Assembly (NCBI GenBank): GCA_001599295.1
Contig: BCGN01000007.1
Coordinates: 981,791 to 1,045,790 of the forward strand
Direction of reading: 5' to 3'
Source: Sporopachydermia quercuum
Lineage: Eukaryota
DNA: 64,000 nucleotides
In this document: positions 1-9,987 of the stretch, one piece after another
Numbering within the stretch: the stretch's first letter is position 1
Layout: each line of letters opens with the position of its first letter
Made by a program: the position numbers and the translations under genes
The notes under the pieces: model-generated
What the model saw: only the letters and a program-made list of their open reading frames with translations
Databases searched by the model: none
What the model was told of the DNA's origin: nothing

Positions 1-83
1 TTTACAGGCGTTGGCGCTTGAGCAGCCACCTGGTTGTTTGGTTGTTTTCTCTCATTTTGCCTCANCGAAGGGAAGGATAGCAT
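1..83 (-). CDS. Possible 5' end of a gene running off the left edge (MLSFPSXRQNERKQPNNQVAAQAPTPV...)
   Basis: ATG at 83..81 with an open frame to the window edge, divergent from RPA43. Too short to identify. Confidence 0.3.
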   Translation of the reverse strand, partial: MLSFPSXRQNERKQPNNQVAAQAPTPV

Positions 84-1074
84 TGTGAATTTAAATGGTT
101 TTGGATTCAGAACAACAAGGAATTCAATTTCCTTGCTGATAAGTTGTATAAGGCCAGTTGAACCCTGTAAAACGCATAGAAGCGTTGATAAGGATCTGAG
201 ATAATAATGTAGATAGAAAGATCTAAGGTAGCACTGTTCTTATTTTCAAAATGGTCATCCGTAAATATATAACAGCGGATAATACGGATTCCGCAGAAAT
301 ACAAAGGTGATTTTATTTTTGCAATCAACTCCTCAGCTTTCATATGCTTGATTGTAATTATATCAGCGAATGAAGCTGAATGAACTTGATTTCACTTAGA
401 CATGGCTGTGTAGAAGAAGCGCTGATATGTTGGGATGATTACGATTATGCAAGTGAATGTGTCAGTATGCAGATAGAAATAAGGTTTGAGAGAGGACAGA
501 TTATTCTTTTCGGAATCTGAAAAGAACAGAGAACGAGGTAAAGTGATGAATGTGTTGTTTCGATTTTAAGAAAAGTATAAGCCATAATTTGTTGCTTTCT
601 ATAATAGATTGAGAGTAAGTGTTTAATTTTTTTCTTGTGAAATTAACCTTGTCAGTCTAAGGAGTTTAATAATGGAAGGTAAACTAATCTATTGTGAGTA
701 GTATGAATAAAAGTTAAGAAAGACGATAAGAAAGCCAAAAATGGGTTCCGAACTTAAAGCTATAATCTCCGGAATTGTGCGTGAAATACCAGATTCTGCA
801 GCACATGGTTCATTCAGAACAACGAAGTCAGTTTATTACTTTATTTAGATGATGTTACAAGAAAATTGCAAGCAACTTGATACAGCATTTTAGCCTCTGA
901 AATTTAAAGCATTTTACCCCATAATTCAGACTAAAGCTTCCATAACCACTACCTTCTATCCTTTTGTACCATCATCAAGATTTCTCATGATTCTCGCTTA
1001 AGCTGAAACTTCCCTAGCAGATTATTAATCTTACATCTCTCTTCCATATATAAATATTACGTGATTATTAATTA

Positions 1075-1140
1075 CTCATCATATCTCACTTCATGTTTTC
1101 CTATCTTAGATCACGTGCTATATTATTCATAAAAATTTTT
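1075..1140 (+). promoter_or_regulatory. Ribosome-biogenesis-type promoter elements: PAC-like CTCATC, ATCACGTG E-box, RRPE-like AAAAATTTTT
   Basis: CTCATC 1075-1080, ATCACGTG 1110-1117 and AAAAATTTTT 1131-1140, about 200-270 bp upstream of the Pol I subunit gene RPA43. Confidence 0.55.
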
Positions 1141-1342
1141 GTTAAGCAGAGAATCTTTAAAAAGAATAGGAAATGTATGAAAACTCAGCCATAAAGAAAG
1201 ATAACAATCAACATTATTTAGTATATTTATATTTGTATCTGTTCTCGCAGCTAGAAGTAACTACCAGTGTGTTANCTTGATACTGGAAGTTGTCATCAAC
1301 ACTCAACGTAGTAGTAAGAAAACTGTTATGAACTAGCTTACG

Positions 1343-2368
1343 ATGTCGACAATAATTATTTCGAAGAAACGGAGCACAGATGGGGATGTGATACAGCAAT
1401 CCAACAAAAGATTGAAAGCCGCCGGGATAAGAGTGACAAAACTCAAGGATAGTTTGCCATTGAATAAAAGGAAAATGAATCCTATTGATAGTGAAACAGG
1501 ATTATCACAATGTTATAAGAATGTATCGGTGTATATGTATGTGTCAGTTGCTCCTATGTANTTTACAAACCCATTACTAGGCGTGAGTGTACAACATTTA
1601 AATCCTCTTGTGATGTCATACTTCCCCGACGTGAATGGCGTTGTATTAGGATACTCTAATCTGAAGTTGGATGTTCCCAAGCCTGAAAATTCTGATTCTG
1701 TTTACGCAGTAGCGCGAATAGCCAATGCTAGCCCCTTTGCATTCACCTGGATATCAGTTGATCTACTTGCATGGGCACCTTGTGCAGGAGATATAATAGA
1801 TGGATGGATCAATCTGCAATCTCCTGGTCATATTGGCTTACTCATCAACGATACATTCAACGCCAGCGTACGAAGAGATAATATTCCCAGAGATTGGAAA
1901 TTTATAGCTAAACAAGCTGATGAGATAGCGAGCGGTGAACAATCATCAGAAGAATCGAATACTGTAAAATCGTTAGGTTGCTGGGAAGATGAAAGTGGAA
2001 ATATGATTGACGGAAAGTTACAATTTACAGTTAAGTCACTACATGTGTCGGGCAAAGTTATCTCTGTTAGTGGATCTTTGGTTAAACCTGGTTATGAAAG
2101 AGGAACAGAAGCTCCTACACCTTCAAAGAACAGTAGTCCAATTGTTACAGGTAAGAAAATCAAGTTTGATGACGAACAGCCATTGAAGCCAGTTTCTTTA
2201 GATTTACAATCCCCTCAGACACAAATAGCAGCTGATGAAGATATCTCCGATTCTGAGAATGTACCTTCTTATGCCAAGAATGATGATGATTCTTCTGATA
2301 GTGAGGATTCAGACAATGACGAAGTTGTGACGTCTGGTGATGAAGATGAAGATGAAGATGATGATTAG
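1343..2368 (+). CDS. RPA43: RNA polymerase I subunit A43
   Basis: 341-aa ORF with A43 motifs: NPIDSETGLSQC, QHLNPLVMSY...VNGVVLGYSN, SPFAFTWI, GDIIDGWINLQSPGHIGLLINDTFNASV, SLGCWED, KKIKFDD; acidic tail. Confidence 0.93.
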   Translation: MSTIIISKKRSTDGDVIQQSNKRLKAAGIRVTKLKDSLPLNKRKMNPIDSETGLSQCYKNVSVYMYVSVAPMXFTNPLLGVSVQHLNPLVMSYFPDVNGVVLGYSNLKLDVPKPENSDSVYAVARIANASPFAFTWISVDLLAWAPCAGDIIDGWINLQSPGHIGLLINDTFNASVRRDNIPRDWKFIAKQADEIASGEQSSEESNTVKSLGCWEDESGNMIDGKLQFTVKSLHVSGKVISVSGSLVKPGYERGTEAPTPSKNSSPIVTGKKIKFDDEQPLKPVSLDLQSPQTQIAADEDISDSENVPSYAKNDDDSSDSEDSDNDEVVTSGDEDEDEDDD

Positions 2369-3074
2369 GGTTAATCGAGAGTTAATAAAAATTGTATATT
2401 TTATCTATATTTGAATTATTCAATCCACAATGTTTAGCCCAGCGCTGCTGCATCAACGTAGAGAATTAAATTAGAGGTCAACAACTTAAGGCATTTTCAA
2501 TCAATAAAAGTAATAAGTTCGTCAGTCACTAAAGTGGTATTTCAACCCATTGCATTGTCATGTTAACATTCTTGCCGATTCTCTTAAACGAAGATTTATC
2601 GAAAGAATATTGAAATAATCATCATTCCTGAGTTCCCAAGCAAACTTCTGATTGAGATATTGATTACGTAAACAAAAGTTTATCAATGTCCTATCTTATC
2701 AGAACATTTATTTTTTTTCTTGAAGAAATCTAACTACTTCTCTGAAAATTATAAATTACTTTAAACATAAGCTTAAATCAGTAGTCTAAATATTTTTTTG
2801 TCCAGAAAGAAGGGGAAAATCATTGAAATTTACGTCCCCAAGACTGTCTTACGATAAAAGCATTTCCAATTGGATTAGGTGATCTGCTAGATGAAAGTGA
2901 GCATTTACACAATTTCAGTTTATCTTTATTGATTATTTATTAACGAATAACTTTTAGTTTAGAAAGGTTTAAGGCTATTAAAACTCCCTAAAGTCACCGA
3001 ATCCTAAGCTCCAAAAGACAATTGTTCGTCTCAATATACAAAGTATATGATTCTCAAACCACTAAGCATAAGAA

Positions 3075-3138
3075 CTCACGTGATATTATCACGTGAGAGC
3101 TTATCTGTAGTTGACTATATAGTCAAAACATAAACAAA
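3075..3138. promoter_or_regulatory. Palindromic double E-box, a second 16-bp palindrome and a forkhead-like site upstream of MTW1
   Basis: CTCACGTGATA-T-TATCACGTGAG (3075-3097), TTGACTATATAGTCAA (3111-3126), then ATAAACAAA. Confidence 0.55.
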
Positions 3139-3564
3139 CAGGCGAAACCTCAATTCCTTAATATTAATCCATTAATGGTTACTTGTGATGAAAGGACAGA
3201 GAGGAGCTGTCACTTTATTATAAAGAGCTGATTGCTGTTTGATATTTACGGAACTTGCTAGTATTTGATCTCTGATTGTATAAGAGATATACAGTTTCTG
3301 TGTCTATTAACTGGTTGCTAATTGCTAAATCATTGAAACTTGAGTACTGTTATATGTTATATTGTTCGATTAAACAATACATTCAGCATAATCCTGGACA
3401 GTGGAATAAGCCGGACTTTAACTTTGCGGAAAAGAAATATTTTGAAGAGAGTAAACGTAGAAGAGTTCATTGTTTTGCAACTGGAACCAGCTAACATGCA
3501 TTCATAAATAAAAATACTTTGTTCAGATCACATCAGTCAACGCATAAAAACACTAGATGACAAT

Positions 3565-4449
3565 ATGTCTGCACCAAGCATCCGTACGACAGCAATTCTA
3601 ACAGAGCATTTTGGGTATAACCCGGTGTCTCTTGTAGATGATATTATAAACGCAGTGAACGAGATTTTGTATAAATGTACTAGTGCGATGGAGACATTTC
3701 TGAATGAACAACAACGAGAAAAAGAAAAGAAAGAAGGATACGTTTCAAGTGAAGAAGCAGAAGAAGCTATTAGTAAGGAAATTGAGACGGGAACTGCTCA
3801 ATTAGAAACGTTGTTTGAAAGTGCTGTTGATAAGAATTTTGATAGATTTGAGCTTTACACACTAAGGAATATAATGAATGTTCCTAATGAAATAGTAGAG
3901 GAAGGGTACTTCCGACTAGCCCATCATCACGATTTAGATGCAACTTTAGTTTCCCAATGTAATAACAGTGTCTTGGATGATGAGCTGATAGAACTGCAAA
4001 CAAAGTTAGCGGAGCAACTAAGTATAAGGCGGCAATTGGACAGGGAGACTAGACTATCAGAAATGCTAAGTCAAGTGTTACTCAAATATAAAAAGTTGTT
4101 ATCGTTTTTGCTGCCAGCAGCAGATATTCAACCGGTTGAAAGTCAAGAGAAAACTGGCGATGATCTGAATTCCACTGTAGAAGAAATACAGAACCTATCG
4201 CAAAGGCTACGTCCTGAAGTTCTAGCAGCCCTGAAAACTATATCACCTATTAACGAGTCATTCTACTTCTTGACAACGCAGCTAGAAGATATTATGAACA
4301 AAGTGTTACTTATCAACAATAGTATAAATATAAGTGGAACATCAGATGGACGACCGCTTAAAGATATTGTATTAATGAAGAGTGCTCGAGATGTGTATTT
4401 AGATGAAACTGCCCAAAAGATAGTTGGTCAGTTTGAGGAGAAAGAATAA
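3565..4449 (+). CDS. MTW1: Kinetochore MIND/Mis12 complex subunit Mtw1
   Basis: Mis12 N-terminal signature TTAILTEHFGYNPVSLVDDIINAVNEILYKCTSAME and EIETGTAQLETLFESAVDKNFDRFELYTLRNI, followed by coiled coil. Confidence 0.93.
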   Translation: MSAPSIRTTAILTEHFGYNPVSLVDDIINAVNEILYKCTSAMETFLNEQQREKEKKEGYVSSEEAEEAISKEIETGTAQLETLFESAVDKNFDRFELYTLRNIMNVPNEIVEEGYFRLAHHHDLDATLVSQCNNSVLDDELIELQTKLAEQLSIRRQLDRETRLSEMLSQVLLKYKKLLSFLLPAADIQPVESQEKTGDDLNSTVEEIQNLSQRLRPEVLAALKTISPINESFYFLTTQLEDIMNKVLLINNSINISGTSDGRPLKDIVLMKSARDVYLDETAQKIVGQFEEKE

Positions 4450-5145
4450 AGAAGCACGGCACTTTGGATATGCTTTTTTCATTGGAATGTGGTAATGATA
4501 TTATATGTATATTTAGTTTAGGCATTTTTACGCAAGCTCATGGCTTTGAATACTACCTGGTCATTTGATTTTACGGGTTGAGGGCTAGCCCATACACTAT
4601 GTAGTACTATAGCATTAAATGGATACAAGACAATCCCCCAGAAGTACAACACATATTTGCTGAATTCACACAATGTTTGAGTTTTTACTACTTTTTTCCT
4701 CGAACTAGAACCGAGAAGAAGTTGACATACATTACTGTCAAAGTCCTTTTCCTATATCTATTGTTTTAATTCTTTCATATCTTCCAGTTACTGCTTGTCG
4801 ATAACCATTTTGATTGTGTACCAATTAGTCTTCTGATGTGCCCCCAACTTTCTCTTTTGATCTATTTGCAGAATGCCCCCCTCTAGTTTTTATAGTTTGT
4901 CCTTCCCCTCGCACTAATACACAATGGAGTGAGACTTGATGTCTTCTATTGTCATCCAATCAGAAAAGCCTCTTCAAGCATTTGAGATAGAAAGCTAGTT
5001 ACACTCGATAATGAAACAATACAATAGAAAACCAGTATAAGTGAAAGCTTTATTAATTTTATACTTTTACAAACTATTTGGATTATCTGTTTTGCAAGCG
5101 GTAGAAAACTTTTGATACGGAAATTATCATTATACGTTTTTAAAA

Positions 5146-5605
5146 ATGGCTGGACACGGGCACGGACCTCAAAGTAAGTTAAGATGAAGGAAGCAACATA
5201 AACAAAAGGGAATGACAGGTCAAATGAGCACCGCTTGTTGAAAGGCGTTGATATTGATTAATGCATATTACAAGACATTTACTAACTGTATTCAGCTTTA
5301 ATTCACGATCCTGCTTTGGATGAATATGTTGGTATGTAAAAGAAGGCTGAACAAACAAACTCCACTAAAGCATTGAGGTGTTTCGGTTCATCAATGTCAA
5401 AGGATTCCTTAACTAACGATACTCCAAATCAATAGCCATGAGAAAAGCTTATGGCAAGAACTTCAGAATGACAAGAGCAACTTTCAAAACAGGTTTTCTT
5501 GTTTTAGGAGTTCTTCCAGCTACTTTACTTTACATCGCTTATAGAACAGAAGGAAAAATCGATTTGACAGCGAAAAGACGACATGAAAAAATTTGGCAAG
5601 ATTAA
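5146..5605 (+). CDS. NB5M: Mitochondrial complex I accessory subunit NB5M/NDUFB4 (B15), 3 exons, 77 aa
   Basis: Exons 5146-5173, 5296-5331, 5436-5605. Introns GTAAGT..TACTAAC..CAG and GTATGT..AACTAAC..TAG keep the frame. Product MAGHGHGPQTLIHDPALDEYVAMRKAYGKNFRMTRATFKTGFLVLGVLPATLLYIAYRTEGKIDLTAKRRHEKIWQD has the DPAL..Y..MR....FR.T, single-TM and AY.TEGK....AKRR pattern of fungal NB5M. Confidence 0.85.
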
Positions 5606-6051
5606 AAAATAGGCATTTAGGTGACTCTTGAAGATAGGGATTAGAAAGAGGATATAATGGATGTTTTTTGCTTTGAGTGTTTATATATATTTAGCAACAT
5701 GTTTGGATTTATTGCATAGTTTTGGTTAGAAAGAGATCGTTATAGTTTCAAGGTTTNGATTAATCTTCATCGATATCAGTGGAATAATCAACAAATAAAT
5801 AAAATAATTTATCAGTTACAAGGTGGTTATTATCTGTAGTGATTCTACCAGAATACTCCTTAGACTACTAACCTTGTAGGAGCCCTCTCCATACAGACTG
5901 ATGATTAGAACTGAAGTTGCATCACTTTGTCACTTTAGTGATCATGTATGAAATTTACTAAAGAATCAATCATATTGAAATGGTGTGCAGTCCTCTAATG
6001 TAAAGAATTAAGTGATCAGATCCATAGAGAAAGCCATTTGAACTACAGTCA

Positions 6052-6060
6052 GTCACGTGA
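6052..6060. promoter_or_regulatory. Cbf1-type E-box GTCACGTGA in a convergent intergenic region
   Basis: Exact RTCACGTG match; no adjacent gene start identified. Confidence 0.35.
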
Positions 6061-7599
6061 GAAGTATAACCTGTCAGACCTAGGATAGGAAGGTGGATAA
6101 ATAAAGATGATCAGAAAGCACCAGAGTAGAGTCAAGATAAAGAGCTTTAGAAATTCTGAAAAATTCAATCAGAAAATCCATTTAACGGTAAATAATGCGT
6201 AATGTGAAAACTAGAACTCTCGCCTCAGGTCTTGAGATGTAAAACATGTCATTTGGTTAGCGGCCCGTAGATTTTTACAGCGGTAACTACATATACACTG
6301 AAACCAATTCTACACACGCACTTCTGGCTTCCGAAGGTTAATATATGTATACAAATGTTGAAAACTGGAGATGAAAAGATCATGAAATTCGGAAAACCCT
6401 TGGGAAACCATACTATTCACCAACGTTGTGGAGCTTCTACAAGCCATATAATTAAAGTTGATTCTCTAATCAAAATATTTAAAGAATATTCGAAAAAATG
6501 AAAATAGGTGCATCAAAATGCATGAAAGGAATTTTCTCTTGCACGATTGTGCATAAACAGTAACCTTAAAATGAAAGAAACCTTAAATATTATTTAGGTG
6601 GTGCACTAATGAATTCCTTAATACAGTGCAATTTAAGATTAGAAGTACACTGAACATATATATTTAACTAAAACGACGTCATTGCTTTATTCAGATTAAA
6701 GTGGTGCATTGCATTGCATGGTTACTAAACCTTGAAAATATGCAATTCAATGCATTATATATTTAACGTTTGACCTTAAGATACAGAGCAATGTTTGAAA
6801 GCTACATTCTGTAACTGGCATTCCCTGAAATTATGTCTACNGCTACCAGCACCCCAATTCAAATGTCCACTTTCTTTCTCTTATTATCTATTTGAACTAG
6901 CCGGAGAAACAAACATCCTGTCGATTGATATGAATAGACTAATGAGCTTTTCTGATCTGATCTGAAAGCCACGGATTTCTTGTGAGTTATTTGCTACTCT
7001 CTTGTGAAGTGGTTACTATTTGTTTCGTAAGAAGAAGCAACCTAAACTGTTTGATGGTTTTAGCTAAGGCTTTGACATGCGAGCTAGTAGACTTTTATTA
7101 CATAGATTACCCATTGGGATATAATAAAACAGTCGCAGAAATCCACTGGGGAATGTAGTTAATGCGATAGGTGTAGCTAGTCAACGAGATTAGTCGTTGA
7201 TGATTAGTTCATAGCTTTAGGTATGTTATCACTTTATCACTTCTCTTATTCATTAGCCAGATAAACTACGACTCAAATAGATGAACCAGTATATATCTAG
7301 CGGTTTATCTATTCATGTTTTTACCGGTCATTCAATTTCAGTCAAATAAGCAAGCATGTAAGAAAGAGCAAAAATCATTGTTTTCTTCGTTTATTTCTCT
7401 CTTTCATGTTCGCAGTTTACTTATTATCTTAACTATTGACCATACCAGACGAGACTAATATACATCCTTTAATGGCTTATGAATAAATAAATAATAAATT
7501 AGCACGTAAACATATCTTATTATCATATAATCAACCTTCCTCCTTAGTCGTCATTATTACTCTTCGTCATGATTATATCACAATTATACCAGTCGAAAA

Positions 7600-9987
7600 T
7601 TATGCTCCCTTAGCCCTCCTCTTTGGACTACCTGGTTTCATTATTTTAATCTTCATCACAGGTTTCATTCCAAAACTACCAGCGCTGACCGAAGTAACAG
7701 GTTCAGAAGCTTCAACCTTTGTACAGTCATCATCAGAAGATACCAAAACATCTTTACCTTGTTGACCAGGATTGGTGATAATTATTTTCTTACCAACAGG
7801 TTCATTAGCTGAAGCTTTTTTAGCACCATGAGCAATAGGAGGAGCGTTCAAATCAAAATTTTTCCATTCGGTTTGATTTGTCGACGATGATCTACTATGA
7901 GAGACACCAGGTCTGATTGTTGTATTCTGGAATCCAGCTCCAGAAATCTTCTTAATTGGTGAATACCTACCATCATTATAAACGATGGGATCTTTGAATA
8001 TAGTTGTTTGTTGTTTTCCTTTTGATGATTCATTTGGTCTCTCATCATAGTTATATAATGGCTTTGAACCTCCTATGGCCACTTGGAATTTAGACATTCC
8101 AGAATGCATATTATCTAAACTTGGGCTTGATTCATGTTCTTGTTTGATAGTAGAAATATTATTGTTACCGGTGTTGCTGCTATTGATATTGGCTGTAGGT
8201 TGTGTTGAGACGTTGCTTGAAGAAGATGCAATAGTAGTAGCTGAAGTGGCAGATACAGGCGCAGCAAATGGAATTGAGGATAAAGGTGCTGATAAAGGTG
8301 CTGATAAAGGTGCTGTTGAATCCGGCGAACCTGACACTATTTCAATAAACTGTGCTGATGTGGAAATAGACGCATTGAAGTTATCTTTTCTTATAGGGCT
8401 ATGTCTATTCCTTCGCTTATGTGTTCTCGGTGATGACTTTAGAATCAAGTTTGATCCTTTTATACTAATGCTGCTGCTACTACTATTGCTACTACTGCTA
8501 TTGCTGCTACTGAGATCGTATGAATCTCCAGAGATGGAGTTAGTACCAAACAGTGGACCAGAGGTACTTGAGATTGACGTCGCAGTTGAAGGTCTCCGAC
8601 GAACATCACTAGCAGTGAATGCAAACTTGTTAACGTCATTAAAACCCTGCCTTCCATAAGTTCTGGTTGAATTTTGACTAGAAGCTGATGTAACTGAATA
8701 CTGAGATTGCAAACTGTCGCGTCTTTTATAGTTAGATTTCTTGACGGCCGAGTTTTGGTCTGCGAAACCAAAACTATTAGAATTAGTAGGAGAAACTGCA
8801 ACTGAAGCAACATTTGGTAGCATACTTAAGCTTGAACTATGCCGATGTTTGTGATATGCCGGCTTTGAACTTCTGTCCATAGATTTGTAAGACATTTGAT
8901 TAGATTCTGGTATCTGATCTGGACCTCGTTCTAGCATTCTATCTAACATAGGGTCAGAAATTGATAACCCTGTTATGTTGTCATTCCGTATTTTTGATGG
9001 AATTCTCAATGGAATGATCGAAGATGCCGGTTTTGAAAAAGAATCAATGGTAGAATTTAATGCCAGTTCCTTCTCTTTTTGCTCTGAAACAAAAGGATAC
9101 GACCATCCTGTTACTGATGTAGCTGGAAGCCTTTGAGGTGCATTTTGAGCGTAACGCATCTGATCAATGTGCTGTGGTTGCTGGGTATTTACATTTGTGC
9201 GCGATATATGTCCTGGATAACCAGCATGCTGTTGCCAGGGATCCTGAGATATTTCTGGCGATACTAAAAATTCAGCACTTTGATGTGTTAATGTTCCATC
9301 AACAGTTTGGCTGTGACTTTGAAATTGGCTATGATTGTAGTTTTGGTTTTGGTTTTGACTTTGGTTGTAAGTTTCAGTTTGACTGGAAACCTGTTTCAAC
9401 AATTGCTGATGATGAATTGCATACTGTTCGTCTATCGTTTGATGAACTACCCGGTTTGTGAAAGTGGGAGGATATTGACTTGACGAATTCACAGGTGATG
9501 AAAAATAAGTATTCGCAGGAGGAGAAGCTGAATGAGAGACTAGTGAAGGTGAATATGCCTGATTTGACAATCGAGATCGCTGTGATAAATCTTGAAAGTC
9601 CATGGGCGATGGGATATCATCTAAAAGTGTATTCTCCTGTTGTGGTCGTGACACAACTTGAAACCTATAAGGTTGAGGCTCCTGTGGTGGAAAACCTTGA
9701 TCCTGGCTCTCACCAGAAACTTGCCCAAAAGAGTTTGTTCGCGGAGGATACAAAGTATTATGATGTTCATGCTCACGTTGCTGCTGTTGCTGTAGCAGAT
9801 GATTCTGATGTTGATTTTGATAAAAACGTTCTTGATAAGTTTGTAGGGCTGAGGGAGAACCTGCCGTTTGATGATCATATAGATCAATGTTAGCTTGATT
9901 TATATTACCCTGAAAGGCTTCGACCAGTGGATCTGGTTCAGAATCCCAAGAAGCGCTCTGATCTGACGTGAAGTATAGCGGATCCAT
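7600..9987 (-). CDS. Uncharacterised low-complexity Q/S/N/P-rich protein (795 aa), probably disordered; basic C-terminus (possible NLS)
   Basis: Long uninterrupted ORF with poly-Q and poly-S tracts, a triple SAPL repeat and the terminus KPGSPKRRAKGA. No domain recognised. Confidence 0.75.
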   Translation of the reverse strand: MDPLYFTSDQSASWDSEPDPLVEAFQGNINQANIDLYDHQTAGSPSALQTYQERFYQNQHQNHLLQQQQQREHEHHNTLYPPRTNSFGQVSGESQDQGFPPQEPQPYRFQVVSRPQQENTLLDDIPSPMDFQDLSQRSRLSNQAYSPSLVSHSASPPANTYFSSPVNSSSQYPPTFTNRVVHQTIDEQYAIHHQQLLKQVSSQTETYNQSQNQNQNYNHSQFQSHSQTVDGTLTHQSAEFLVSPEISQDPWQQHAGYPGHISRTNVNTQQPQHIDQMRYAQNAPQRLPATSVTGWSYPFVSEQKEKELALNSTIDSFSKPASSIIPLRIPSKIRNDNITGLSISDPMLDRMLERGPDQIPESNQMSYKSMDRSSKPAYHKHRHSSSLSMLPNVASVAVSPTNSNSFGFADQNSAVKKSNYKRRDSLQSQYSVTSASSQNSTRTYGRQGFNDVNKFAFTASDVRRRPSTATSISSTSGPLFGTNSISGDSYDLSSSNSSSSNSSSSSISIKGSNLILKSSPRTHKRRNRHSPIRKDNFNASISTSAQFIEIVSGSPDSTAPLSAPLSAPLSSIPFAAPVSATSATTIASSSSNVSTQPTANINSSNTGNNNISTIKQEHESSPSLDNMHSGMSKFQVAIGGSKPLYNYDERPNESSKGKQQTTIFKDPIVYNDGRYSPIKKISGAGFQNTTIRPGVSHSRSSSTNQTEWKNFDLNAPPIAHGAKKASANEPVGKKIIITNPGQQGKDVLVSSDDDCTKVEASEPVTSVSAGSFGMKPVMKIKIMKPGSPKRRAKGA

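Noticed and set aside
5866..5879. Perfect TACTAAC..TAG acceptor downstream of NB5M as an alternative last exon
   Set aside because: Splicing from exon 2 reaches a stop within about 10 codons and loses the TM helix; no convincing 3' UTR donor found.
6052..6300. Point centromere starting at a CDEI-like GTCACGTGA
   Set aside because: No extremely AT-rich CDEII and no CDEIII consensus follows; the lineage appears to lie outside the point-centromere clade.
8075..9893. Antisense ORFs (194 aa poly-Leu etc.) and similar shadow ORFs over TAO3, TOP2, KAR3 and YNG2
   Set aside because: They are reverse or alternate frames of real low-complexity coding sequence.
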